The position numbers and the translations under genes were made by a program. The notes beneath the pieces are model-generated. The model worked only from the letters and a program-made list of their open reading frames with translations, searched no databases and had not been told where the DNA came from. From the human T2T-CHM13v2.0 reference genome, Homo sapiens, in the NCBI RefSeq assembly GCF_009914755.1, contig NC_060926.1: 64,000 nucleotides of DNA; one strand, written 5' to 3'. The first letter of the stretch is position 1, and every line of letters begins with the position of its first letter. Positions 29,094 to 49,785 of the stretch are shown piece after piece.

Positions 29094-29587
29094 TGTGCTG
29101 GCTAATTTTACGTCTCAACTTGACAGGCCGTTGTCTGCCCAGATTAAACATTGTTTCTGCTGTGTCTGCTGCTGTGTTTCTGGGTGAGGTTAGCATTTGA
29201 ATCTGTGGACTCACTCAGCAAAGTACACTGCCCTCCCCAGCGTGGGTGGGCACCATCCAATCCACTGAAGACTTGTACAGAACAAAAGGCAGAGGAAGGA
29301 GGAATTCACCCTTTTTCCTTCTTGCCTGCTTGAGCTGGGATGTCTCATCTCATCTTTTCTTGCCCTTGCATTGGGGTTTATACCATCAGCTCCCCTGGTT
29401 CTCAGCCTTTCTGACTCAGCCTGAATTATACCATCTTTCTTGAATTTTCCCCTTGCAGGTGGCAGATCATGGGACATCTTGGCCTCCATAGTCATACAAG
29501 CCAATTCCTCATGATAAATCTCCTTTTGTATTTATATATATGCATATCTTATTGGTTCCATTTCTCTGGAGACTCCTGACTAATACA
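29094..29587. mobile_element. MLT2 (ERVL) solo LTR
   Basis: TGTG…TAATTTTA…TCAACTTGAC start and CTGGAGA…CCTGACTAATACA end. Confidence 0.8.
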
Positions 29588-29989
29588 GGGAATTAACAGG
29601 AGGTAAGTTTTCTACACTTTATTTGAACTGGTAATATGCTGCCACCAGTAGGCTGTGCATAAGTTATATATGTATGGCTTTTTAGAACAACCACAAAAAA
29701 ACCTATACAAAGAGATATACCCCCAAAACAGTATAGATAAGTAAAAACGGAATTCTAAAAAATATTCAAAGCTTACATAACAAGGCAGGGTAAGATACAC
29801 GCAACGACTCGGATATATCTCAAGGGCATTATGCTGAGTGAAAAAAAGCAACCTGCAAAGATCACATACTGTATGATTCTACTCATATAATATCCTTCAA
29901 ATGACAAAATTATAGAGATGACAAATAGATTAGTGGTTGCCAGAGACTGGGAATGGTTGCAGTACGGGAGTGAGTGTGACTATAAGGAG

Positions 29990-35670
<5,681 letters not shown>

Positions 35671-35673
35671 TTA

Positions 35674-38484
<2,811 letters not shown>

Positions 38485-38739
38485 CATAGCTGTTTTTATT
38501 AAGCCAAAAATATTAACCCAGTCACATTTGTCTAAATAACAAGATTTTGAATTCTTAAAACATTTCTGAGTCAGTTTTTATGAAAATAATTTTCCTTTTT
38601 GACCATTAACATATTAGAAGTTACATTTCCCCAACTTCTGAAAAATTCGGGACTATTCCATTTATATAAGGTGCTTATTTATCTCTAAGGCTATCAGAAC
38701 AGGGCCCCTTTAGCGATTTTAAATCTAATCTAGCGGGGT

Positions 38740-39160
38740 AGGGCTGCAGCCAAAAGCACGTGAGAGCGGCCCGCGGCCGGCGGGGTCCCGGGACAGGCCC
38801 GCGCGGGGCCGAGGTGCCAGGGCCCCCAGAGAGCGGGACGGGCGGTGCCAACTGGACAAGCCGACGCTACGAAGGCCTGAGGGACAGCGAGGCATCCTGG
38901 GAGGCGCCCTGGCTCAGACGCTCCTGTGGGAGGGCGTCTGCGTCCTCAGTTTCCCCAGGACGCGTAAGGAGAAAACCGGGGGAGGGCCCCGCACGCCGCT
39001 GCCCCCCCACGTCCAAGAGCCCGACCGTTCGCCCGCGCCCCTCGAGGAGTCTGCCCATCCCCAGCAGCACGCGAGCGCCGCCAGCGCTCCCTGGGCACCC
39101 GCTCGCACTCAAGTGCAGGCAGCGTGGTGACAATGCCAACTGCGCCCCCTATCTCTGACA
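38740..39160. promoter_or_regulatory. Small intergenic CpG island
   Basis: Abrupt GC/CpG-rich 400-bp block between AT-rich repeats. Confidence 0.7.
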
Positions 39161-39164
39161 GGCT

Positions 39165-39420
39165 CCAGAGGGGCAGTGGGAATACAGTAGCTACATGTGG
39201 CTATGATAAATATATATTAATAGTATATTATGTATGTTACATATAATAATGTGGGTACATTATGATGTTTTAAATATAATTCAATATAAATAATGAATTA
39301 ACTAAAGTTAATTAAAATTTAAAATTCAGTTCCTCAGCTGCCCCGCAGGTGCAGAGGCTACATGTGGCTGCTGGTCACTGCCTTGGCCGGAGCACCTCCC
39401 TCAGTGCAGAAGCTCTATGA
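39165..39420. mobile_element. MER3/MER33-like hAT-Charlie MITE
   Basis: Repeated GCTACATGTGGCT and AAAATTCAGTTCCTCAG motifs. Confidence 0.65.
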
Positions 39421-39756
39421 GCCAGTGGCCACGGAGAGGCTCTGCTGCCCCAAGGTCGGGGGGACAGGAGACATCATTTTGTGGCAAGTGCTTTGGCACT
39501 GTGCCTGAGGAAGATCACCAGGGCCAGGCGACCAACCCAGACAGTGACTGAGCCATGATGAATCAGCCTGGTGAGCCAACATTTGCCACAAAGCCTGAGC
39601 CACCCAACTTGAGGTCACCCGGAAAAGCCAAGGCAATGAAGACAGTGACAGGGGCTGGGAAGCAGGACTCAAAGAAATGAGACTTGAGAAGACCATCACC
39701 ACGCAAGCAGTTAGGTATTCTTTTAAAAATTAGTAAATAAAAGAAGAAACTATAAC

Positions 39757-40270
39757 TGCGAGACCAGCGCATACTGGGCCTACCTTGTTGATGACAGAAT
39801 GTCGCATTGCTTTGTAGGTACAACAGAGCCAAAACTGCAAGCCATGTTGCCCAGGCATGCACAATGGAACAAGCTTTGACCTCTAACAATACCCAGAACC
39901 AATGACTCCTCCCCTCGGAACAAAGAAGACCAGGACAGGACTGGAACCTGAACATGGAAATCTTTCAGAAGCAGGGATGCGTCAGCCTGGGAGACTGGGG
40001 CCCAAATCTACCTTGACAAACCTTTCCATAAATCGTTAAATTTGAAGCCCGCCAATCAGACCCTGCCAAGCCAACACTGCTCAATCACTTCCCTTGCCCT
40101 CTGATCCCTTAAAGCTTACCCCAGACCTCAAACTGGGGAGACAGATTTGAGCCCCACTCCTGCCTCCTTGCTTGTCAGTTTTGCAATGAAACCTTTCTTT
40201 TCTCAAAAGCTGCTGCCAGTGTTACTGGTTTCGCTGTGCCTTGAGCAGTGAGCCCATTTGTTTGATAACA
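39757..40270 (+). mobile_element. Solo LTR (LTR47-like)
   Basis: TG…GATAACA ends; CCAATCA; 3' …GAGACAGATTTGAGCC…AAACCTTTCTTTTCTCAAAAGC typical of ERV LTRs. Confidence 0.55.
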
Positions 40271-40626
40271 AAACTCCTCAAGGCATTGGCAATGTCACCA
40301 GTCAGTGACAGGGCTGTGTGGGCCCTGAGGACTGACCTGGAGGAAGGGGATGCTTGGGAGAGGGAGGGGAAGGAGCAGTAGACAGAGGTCCACCCAGCAG
40401 AGAGCCCAGGCTCAGCAAAGCCACAGAAGAAGGGAGTCTCCAAACTGCTAGGTCCAGAGGGACCCCACAGAGCATCGGGGAGAGCCACAGGGGCGTAAGG
40501 CAGGGCCTAGAAGGCTGGGTGGCAGGCAGGGAATTAGAATTTAATCTGTAGGAAATAAGGAGCCACTGAAGAATAGTAGATAAAGAGGACATTACTAGAT
40601 TTCAGTTTTGAAAGGGGGCACTGGTG

Positions 40627-41131
<505 letters not shown>

Positions 41132-41599
41132 TCAAGGTGAAAGACCTCGGCAGAAGAAAAGGCTGGCTGTGGCCCCTTCCCCTTGGGGAGGTGGGAGCTG
41201 GGACCTGCCTGACCTTATGCTAAAGTCCAACAATACTGGAAGGGAGGACGCGGGCATCTGAAGAGCCCCTGCCCAGGATGTGCAGATGCGGTGGCTGCGA
41301 GAGCTGAGGCCAGGCCCTGCCTGGTGCTGACACGGTGAAATCTAAAGCTCCTGAAAAGCCAGGCTTCTCCCCGTGGGGACAAGGCCATCGAGTACCACAG
41401 AGAAATAGGGTTTCAGAACAAGAAATTAAAAAAAAAATCCTTTCAGGGCCCTGCTGCATGTGTGTGAGTCTGGGTCCTTTGCATCTCCATCCACATCAAC
41501 GTCCACTGTGAATGGAGCCCAGAAGGAAGGACAGGCTCAAAATGAAGGATCGGGAGGGAGGGAGGGCTCAGAAAGGCATTTGCCTGTTCTTAGACCACC

Positions 41600-42600
41600 C
41601 AGGAAACGAGTGTGCTACCGTCCATTATGCTTGTGAGTGGAAAGGGTGGAGGGTGATGGGAGCTGCTGCTTCGGGGAAGTCAGGGAAAGACATTTTGAAA
41701 AGTGACATTGAAGTAGAGACCTGAAGGAATGAGGGAGGGCGCTGTGAAGATATTTGGGGTGAGGAGGAATGCTCTAGGCCGAGAACAGCAAGGACAAAGG
41801 CACCGAAGTGGGAACATGTTTGACAGATCCAGAAACAACCCAAAGGCCACCAGTCATAGACTGGCATGGAGTGGGGAGAAAGCAGGGGAGTAGAGGCAGA
41901 CAGGTCCCGGCCATTCCACAGGGCAGCGTGGGCGAGGTGAGGAAGTTGCTTCTGTGAGTGTGAGGTGGGGAGCACTGGGGGAGTGACATCATCTGACTCA
42001 GTGGACAAAGGTCCCTCAGGCCGATGTGTGAACAACCGTGAGGAAAGCATGGACCAAAACAGGGGCTCCGTGGTGGGGTGCAGGGGGGCGCCCAGATGTG
42101 GGGTTAGTGGTGGAGGAGAGAATCGGCTGGTACTGGATCTGTTTCCAAGGTAGAGCTGGTGGGACTTGCTGATGGGGTGCGATTTCTTGAGGTGCGGAAG
42201 GAGGGGTTAGCTACAGGTTTTGGGGGATGAGGAGGGGAAGTCAGGAGTGAAGTGTTTGGTTCTGCATGTCACCTCCAGGGTGTCTATTAGATGCCCGGTG
42301 GAGAAGTGGGGGACGCTCTGCACGCAGAGGGTTTTAACAACACGGGCTGGGCCAGAGGGTGCCGAGAGAGAAAAGAGGGGATATCCCAGGCGCAACAACG
42401 CTGAGGTCTCAGGAGGAGGAACAGTCAAGAGAGGAGCCCACGGTGCCGTCCTGGGGCTGAGGGCCGAAACTCACCGCACTAGCCGACAGCGTCTGGCGAT
42501 TTTGTAATGAACAATTTTGCTGGCACGGTGGAACGAAGGCCTGGTTGAAGGGCTTCAAGGGAGACAGGGAAGCAAGTGAAGATGATTGTTAGGATGAGTT
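41600..42600. mobile_element. Degenerate L2
   Basis: Purine-rich L2-like motifs (…GAAAAGTGACATTGAAGTAGAGACCTGAAGGAATGAGGGAG…). Confidence 0.5.
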
Positions 42601-42929
42601 TTGCTGCAGTGCTAGAGGAGAGTGGGTTTTGTTAATGACCTTCCCTCCCTGCAACCAAACCACAGCAGAAAGCGCATCCAGGGCTCACACAGAGGGACCC
42701 TCAGTGAAGGCCTCTTTCTGCAATGGGAAGCCCACAAGGTTAGAAACCAGGAATCACAACCTAACGCTGCCCTATCGTCAGTTTTGTAGGTGACCTTGAG
42801 TAGGTTACCTCACTTCTTGGTATTTCTCAGCTTCCCTCACCTATAAAATGAGCAGCACACTCCTGCCTTTTCTATACGGTAGCTGCATAAATGATTAGGT
42901 AACATCACTGATGGGCATTTATGCACCCA

Positions 42930-43337
42930 GTCCACTTTCTAGCTCTGTGTATTTGACTACTCTAAGTACCTCACAGAAGTGGAATCATGCAGTATTGGTC
43001 CTTTTTGTGACTGGCTTATTTCCCTCAGCCTAATGTCCTCAAGGTTCATCCATGTCGTAGCATGTGTCAGAATCTCCTTCCTTTTTAAGGCTGCGTAACA
43101 GTCCGTTGTATGCATATATCACATTTTATTGATCTGCTGGTGGACACTTGGGTTGCTTCCATCTCTTGACTGACATGAATAGTTCTGCTGTGAAGAGTTA
43201 TACAAATCTCTGAGACCCTGCTTTCAATTCTTTGGGGTATATATCCAGAGTGGAACTGCTGGATTGGATTGTAATTATATACACACATACACACATAACT
43301 GTATACAAATATGTGTGTATATACGTTTATATGTGTC

Positions 43338-43372
<35 letters not shown>

Positions 43373-43536
43373 TTTTTTTTTATAGTAACTTCCATACTGT
43401 TTTCCACAGCGGATATAGCATTTTACATTCCCACCAACGGTGCACAAGGCTTCTAGTTTCTCCACATCCTTGACAGCACTTGTAACTTTCTGGTGTGTTT
43501 TTGTTTTTTTGTTTTGATTGTAGCCATCCTAATGGT
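42930..43536 (-). mobile_element. L1MB-like 3' fragment containing a (TG)n(TA)n microsatellite at 43278-43371
   Basis: GTGACTGGCTTATTTCCCTCAGCCTAATGTCCTCAAGGTTCATCCATG…CATTCCCACCAAC. Confidence 0.8.
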
Positions 43537-44267
43537 TTAGCCCATGCTAAGTGATCAGGCTGGTCACTATTATTATCAAGTGAGATAACAAATCAGAATA
43601 TATTTTGAAAAAGAATTGCATCTGCCAGGATCCAACCAAGAAAACAGAAAGCATTAAAAGGAACTTAATGGGGGAGATTAGTTACACACAGGGGATGGAA
43701 AGGCTGAGAAGCCAAACAGCAGGAAGCCGTTAACCTTACATCCACCTAGGGCAGAGGACAAAGGACACAGGGCCACCCAGGGGAAGCCAAGGTGGTGAGG
43801 GGAGCTGTGGAGGCAGCTGGAAGAATCTGGAGGAATCTGACCTGTGAGAGGAACCACAAGCAAACACCCTCTAGGAGGCTCTGAGAAACAGCAGGGCACG
43901 TGGGTGCGGCCTGGGAACAGATCAGGATTGACCTGCGTGCGAGCCAGCTTGTCACAGTGATGTGACGATGAGTCAGGACACCTGGGCGTGGCGCTGTCCA
44001 GAGCACGAGAGTGACACCAAACACATGGGACAGCAGCACCGAGTCTTGGACAAGGGGCGCGAAGGAGTCAAGGATGTTGCCAGGCCTGTGGCCGAAACTG
44101 AGAACAGAATAGAGAAGCAGGTTGAGGGTGCTGGGTGTCAACCCTTCCTTTATCAACCCCATGGTAAATGATCAGGATGGTCACTATTACTACAAGTGAG
44201 GTAACTAATCAGAACGCAACTTTCCCCAAAAAACCCACCTGAGTTACACAGGTCTGAACTTTTTTAA

Positions 44268-44480
44268 AAATTAAATTTTTATTTTGAGATCACTGTTTGT
44301 GTTCAGTTGTAAGAAACAAGAGAGATTCTGTGTACCCTTTACCCATTCCTCCATGTTGCAAAACTAGCACAATATCACCGCCACGGTAGACGCAGTGAGG
44401 CCATAAGACATTTCCGTCAGCAAAAGGGTCACTTCTTGTGCCCCTTTAGAACCACACCCACCCCTGCCTTCCAACTATTA
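44268..44480 (-). mobile_element. L1MC-like 3' terminal fragment
   Basis: TTTATTTTGAGAT…CAGTTGTAAGAAA…GAGAGAT…GTGTACCCTTTACCCA matches an old L1 3' terminus read in reverse. Confidence 0.6.
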
Positions 44481-45620
44481 ATGCTGGCAGGACTTAGCCA
44501 GACCGCAAGGGCGCCTACTCCGAACAAGGAAGAGGGTCAGGCGCTGGGAGGGCGACTGCAAGCGGACAGGCAGCACCTGCGACCACGGTACTTGGGGACA
44601 CCACAAAAGTCCGCAGAGCAGGCACCGCGGCACTTCCGCGAGCGCCGCAGGCCCTGCCCCTTTCGCCGTCGCCGACCAATTGCCGCCCGAAGACCGAACC
44701 GCTTCAGCGGAGGGCCGGAAGTGAGCCGCAGCTTTTCCTTTCTGCCACCGCCTTGTCCAAGATGGCGGACCTCCACCGCCAGCTGCAGGAGTACCTGGCG
44801 CAGGGGAAAGCTGGCGGCCCGGCGGCCGCGGAGCCGCTGCTCGCCGCGGAGAAGGCGGAGGAGCCCGGGGACCGGCCGGCGGAGGAGTGGCTGGGCCGCG
44901 CGGGCTTGCGCTGGACGTGGGCGCGGAGCCCTGCGGAGTCGGCAGCGGCCGGCCTGACGTGCCTCCCGAGCGTGACGCGCGGGCAGCGGCTGGCGGCGGG
45001 CGGCGGGTGCCTGCTGCTGGCTGCACTGTGTTTCGGCCTAGCCGCGCTCTACGCACCGGTGTTGCTGCTGCGCGCGCGCAAGTTCGCGCTGCTCTGGTCA
45101 CTGGGCTCGGCGCTGGCGTTGGCGGGAAGCGCGCTGCTGCGGGGCGGCGCGGCGTGCGGACGCCTGCTGCGCTGCGAAGAAGCGCCGTCCCGGCCCGCGC
45201 TGCTCTACATGGCAGCGCTGGGCGCCACGCTGTTCGCCGCGCTGGGCCTTCGCAGCACGCTGCTCACGGTGCTGGGCGCGGGCGCGCAGGTGGCCGCGCT
45301 GCTGGCCGCGCTGGTTGGGCTGCTGCCCTGGGGCGGCGGCACCGCGCTGCGCCTCGCACTGGGTCGCCTGGGCCGCGGCGCCGGCCTCGCCAAGGTGCTG
45401 CCCGTGTGAGGACCTCGCGCCCTCGCCGCTGGGGAAGTACGCGGAGCCAGCGCCGTCGGAGACCGCGCCGGCCGAGCTGAGGACTGCACGCCGCTGTGCG
45501 GAAGCCCGTGGCGAAGGCCCTGCCCTAACAGCCTGCGAGTCTAATCCGGGAGCGGCTGCTGCCAGCGGAGGCGACAGCAGCGTTGGGAGCTCCTCGATGT
45601 CAGCTTTTTGTGCTGGACTT
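44440..45620. promoter_or_regulatory. CpG island / SFT2D3 promoter with ETS, CCAAT and YY1 motifs
   Basis: ACTTCCG 44632-44638, CCAAT ~44676, CCGGAAGT 44715-44722, AAGATGGCGG 44759-44768 overlapping the start codon. Confidence 0.85.
44762..45409 (+). CDS. SFT2D3: SFT2D3, vesicle transport protein SFT2C (215 aa, intronless, Got1/Sft2 family, several TM helices)
   Basis: ATG in AAGATGG context; MADLHRQLQEYL…ARKFALLWSLGS…AKVLPV matches the Sft2 family; single uninterrupted ORF in a CpG island. Confidence 0.96.
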   Translation: MADLHRQLQEYLAQGKAGGPAAAEPLLAAEKAEEPGDRPAEEWLGRAGLRWTWARSPAESAAAGLTCLPSVTRGQRLAAGGGCLLLAALCFGLAALYAPVLLLRARKFALLWSLGSALALAGSALLRGGAACGRLLRCEEAPSRPALLYMAALGATLFAALGLRSTLLTVLGAGAQVAALLAALVGLLPWGGGTALRLALGRLGRGAGLAKVLPV

Positions 45621-46435
45621 GGCACACGCTCTGAAAACTGAGATTTTGTCATTGAACTGGTGACAGGATGTGAGACGGTTATTAGAAGTTGCTTTCGAAG
45701 TAACTGTGGTCTTAGGTTCGGCTGAGTAAAGAAAAAGGATTTTTCTTCGAGTTAGCTGCTCTTGTGATTTTTCTCAGGCTGTTTTGTCATTTTAAAATCC
45801 AGTGGTAGATGTAGCTTAGCGACGGTAGTTTTTTGTTTTGGCTATACTAAGACTTGGAAATTATTCTCTCCAGTGTCAGCGAATCCAGAAGGGTATCAGA
45901 TTAAACACCGAATTCAGCCACTGGACTTTTAAAAGTACTTAAGATGGTTTATCTCGGGTTTTTTCTTCAGTTAACAAAATCATAAATATGGTGCCTTATA
46001 ACATGAAAGGAAAATTAGTTGTGTATTTCACGACGAAAGCGACGGACCAAAAGAAATTTCCTGCCCCAAGAAGCATGGGATCCAGGAAGGGGCGCGTAGA
46101 TGCTTAACGGTCTCTTCGGAAATCCTGCAAATAGAAAGATAATTCTAGATCCGGAATACCTGTATCTGGTGGAAACCATGGATTTCTACAAGCTCGAATT
46201 ATTCCTCATTGTATAGCCTGCTTTGTAAACTAGTTTACAATTTGCAGGCTGATCTTAAGATTTTTTTATATCTAATTGCTGCTGCCTTCATTTTAGGTTC
46301 AGCAGTTACTTTTAACTACCTTAATTTATTGCCAGAAGGTATGAGCCTAACATTCTGATGAGTCCAGAAAACTACGTTTTGTCAGTAGCAATACACTAGG
46401 AAGTAAAATATATTTAGAATTTAAACATTGTGTGC

Positions 46436-46584
46436 CAGTGGTCCTCGCGCTTGACTGCACATCAGTTACTTGAAGAGCCACACCTCAGATCAATGCAGTC
46501 AGAACCTGGGAAGTAGGTCCCAGACATCAGGACCTTTTTAAAGCTCCCCAAGTGATTCTACGTTCCCCAAGTTTGAGGACCACT
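46436..46584. mobile_element. MER5A MITE in the overlapping 3' UTRs
   Basis: CAGTGGTCCTC…GAGGACCACT terminal inverted repeats; AAAGCTCCCCAAGTGATTCT core. Confidence 0.8.
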
Positions 46585-47045
46585 TTTCTGTGCATTGGCT
46601 TGCACAATTTGAAAATAATGCTTTTCCTGAGCTGGATCCCAGTGTTGCCTTAACAGGGTGTCTGTCGTGCCGCAGTAGAGCACTGCTGCTTCCTCCAACC
46701 CCAAAATTTATGTTCCTAAGTAAGTCAGGTCCCTAAGCCCCGTCCCAAGAAGTGACACAAGTGGCCAACATCCACACTGTAGGCTTGCAGGCTACCCGCC
46801 CTGAGATTTGGTAAAGAACACTGCCTTGTTCCCCATCAGTAAACAAGGTTACCTACCTCAGGAGGCTGCTTGTGAGAGAGCAAATGCAGTATCTTCAGAA
46901 TGATTTATTTTTTTAATTAATTGTAAAGACTTGTGCCATTGGCTGCTCTTTCTAGTCCCCTAAATTTCTGTTCTAGTTTTAAATTTCTCTAGAACTTGCA
47001 ATAGTTGGGGGTTTTATAATGATGTTTTACAATGTTTATTTCTTA

Positions 47046-47051
47046 AATAAA
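47046..47051 (+). terminator. Candidate SFT2D3 poly(A) signal AATAAA (further copies at 48428 and 48453)
   Basis: First canonical hexamer I found after the SFT2D3 stop codon. Confidence 0.6.
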
Positions 47052-47074
47052 AACTTAAAAATTCAACATTTCTC

Positions 47075-47360
47075 AGCTGGTGGCTCACACCTGTAATCCC
47101 AGCATTTTGGGAGGCCAAGGCGGGAGGATCACTTGAGGCCAGGAGTTCAAGACCAGCCTGGGCAACACAGTTAAACCCCATCGCCACAGAAAATCTTCAA
47201 AAAATTTGCCAGATATGGTGGCACACAACTGTGATCCCAGCTACTTGGGGTGGGGCTGAGGTGGGAAGATCACTTGAGCCCAGGAGGTTGAGGCTGCAGT
47301 GAACTGTGATCACACCACTGCACCACAGCCTAGGCAACAGCGAGACCTTGTCTCAAAAAT
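47075..47360 (+). mobile_element. AluJ in the 3' UTR overlap
   Basis: Alu dimer. Confidence 0.9.
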
Positions 47361-47484
47361 TTTTTCTCAAATCAAACATCATTGAAAATCTACTTTTTAT
47401 AAGCTTCAAATCACAACATCTAGTATGTATGCTGACAGTGATGTTTTTAAATGCCATATATATTTAATAAGTATAATGTAGAGG

Positions 47485-47490
47485 TTTATT
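47485..47490 (-). terminator. Candidate WDR33 poly(A) signal AATAAA (other minus-strand hexamers at 48750, 48537, 47035, 46904, 44278)
   Basis: TTTATT on the plus strand within the AT-rich WDR33 3' UTR. Confidence 0.6.
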
Positions 47491-48038
47491 GTTTAAATGA
47501 ATTCACTCTCAAAATGTGATCTGTCAAGTCCAGTAGAGCTTCAAGGTAAAATGAAAATTTTTAAATGTGATCTGGTTATCTGCTTACTGAGATACTATGT
47601 TTCTAAAGTTAAAGCCCAAAATAATGAAAATTTTTCCACTAGAATCTCAGGGAAAAAAAGTCTAATCTTGATATGGGTTTGGTCTCTGGATCCGGTTTTA
47701 GCTTCATGAAATTTGATTACAGTTTCTCTCTCTTTAAGCTATACCAGTTGGGGGTGAGTGAAGAAATACCCATAACCTAAAGCAATCTTGAGCCTCCTAA
47801 TAGCATGTTTATGGTGGAGCGCTGATTAAATAAGCTGTAATTTCAAAGTTAAAAAAAAAATAGTCTCTAGATTCTAACACTGAAAAGCAGTGTATATGGC
47901 TGACATTTTCTCACTCCACAGAAATCAATTAGCTTTTGCTGTTTTTTACATTCATAGAGAACCAGTTAAATTTTCATATCCTGTTAAACTATATCAGTAT
48001 GCCTTTTCTAAGCAACCATTGAAACTTCCAGCACCAGC

Positions 48039-48324
48039 GGCCAGGTACTGTGGCTCAGATCTGCAATCCCAGCACTTTGGGAGGCCACAGCAGGTGGACC
48101 GCTTGAGCCCAGGAGTTTGAAACCAGCATAGACAAAGTGGTGAAACTCCATCTCTACAAAAAACACACACACAAAAAATTAGCTGGGCATGGTGGCATAT
48201 GCCTGTAGTCCTAGCTACTAGGGAGGCTGAGGCAGGGTCAAAGCTGAAGTGAGCCGTGATTGCACCACTGCACTCCTGGCTGGGTGACAGAGCAAGACTC
48301 TGTCAAAAAAGGAAAAGAAAAAAA
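48039..48324 (+). mobile_element. AluJ with TSD GAAACTTCCAGCACCA
   Basis: TSD at 48021-48036 and 48325-48340. Confidence 0.9.
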
Positions 48325-49555
48325 GAAACTTCCAGCACCACTAAATTTGCCAAATAAATTTGACTGATGCCAAAACTGAAGCTGCCAATGTAATGAAATG
48401 TTAAGGTGGCCATAGGACAGTCCTTTTAATAAAAGCTTCCATGTAAAACCAAAATAAAGGTCAGTATAGAAAGTATCATGGGGTATATAACAAACTGAAT
48501 TTTTGGCTTCCAATCCAAACTGGGCTAAATGGTATGTTTATTTTAAACAAGGAATTTGCCATGGACAAGATCTATCTGGCTTACTGTGAGTTAGAAGTAC
48601 GCCCTGCCGTAACACTGGTATTTCCACATAGTATGGAAGAGGAAGAGAGGAAAACTTAATTAAGTGTTGCAAAATTGTTTGAGGACCTATTTTGGTCCAT
48701 TCCTTATCAACTCCATGTGTGATTTCAAGTTATCTAAAGGGCATGTGACTTTATTTCTGACTAACATCAAGTTCCTCTCCTCATCATAACAAGGCGATTC
48801 AAACCTAAACTGTGATTCTTAGGAGATGCTTCCAAGGGGAAGCTCCCTCGTTGGACATCCAGAAGATTGCATTTTCTCTTCAGAGTACAATTTTCCATCT
48901 GTCAGAGCATGTCTGAATAAAAATTTGAACCTACTACAAACTACATTAGAATAATTTTCAAGTATTTTTCTGTCACAAAAATGGTGTGACAGAATGTGTT
49001 GAAAAACACAAAGTTCACAGCTGAGATTAATTTAGATAACCTAGTGGTTAATATGCTCATGAACATCAGCAACAACCGTGCATTCCTTGGCAGATGGGAT
49101 GCGATGGAAACCAAAGGTTTCCTTAAGGCAAGCACTTCACAACTAGTTTTCTGTCAATTCTTGCGTAAATCACATTCTGTATTCATACAAAAACTTTGTT
49201 TTTCTCTGACAAACTGTACACATAGAAACAAATTTCCAAATGGACAGGAACTTAAATTTGTGGAGATGCCCCATGTCTTGTGAGACTTAAAAAAAAGAAA
49301 AAGATCCCAGCTTTTATCTTCACAAAACAACATGGGAGTTGGGGCAATGAGGGTGGACAGGACAGGGCCAGCCAGGCTGGTAGCTGGCAGCAGTCTCTTC
49401 ATCTTGAAGACCTCATTGAGGGTTCCTGGGATTCAGGTGCCCAGAAAAGAGTTCAGGGCTACAATGGTGCAGGCTTCCTTTTGTTTCTCTTGGTGAGTCC
49501 ACAAGAAGTTCTTACATACTGTCCAGAGAGGCCTCAGGGTACTCAGTTCCAGCTT

Positions 49556-49785
49556 CTACCGACCCCTTCCACCACCCCGTGAAGCTCCTCGCCTCGGCGG
49601 GCCAGAGTTCATGTTACTCCCTCTACCCCAGTTACTGCCACTCCGGCCCCCTCGAGAAGGGGTGCCACTGCCTGGAGGGCCCCCAAAAGGTTCATCTCTG
49701 TGGTATCCATCGTGGTGCTCTCCGTCTAAGGAGCTGGAACGCCCAGATTTGGGCACTCTCTGAGCAGGTCCTGGGCCCCCTCGGC
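49556..49785 (-). CDS. WDR33: WDR33 last coding exon (RGGPGPAQRVPK…GASRGGGRGR*), RGG-rich C-terminus
   Basis: Acceptor TTTGTTTCAG|GC; TAG stop at 49558-49556. The seven exons total 2340 nt, i.e. 779 codons plus stop. Confidence 0.95.

Noticed and set aside
44436-45652. Overlapping alternative-frame and antisense ORFs around SFT2D3, and the TTG-started 'MSK' extension
   Set aside because: Stop-codon depletion in very GC-rich DNA explains them; the real start is the ATG at 44762 in strong Kozak context.
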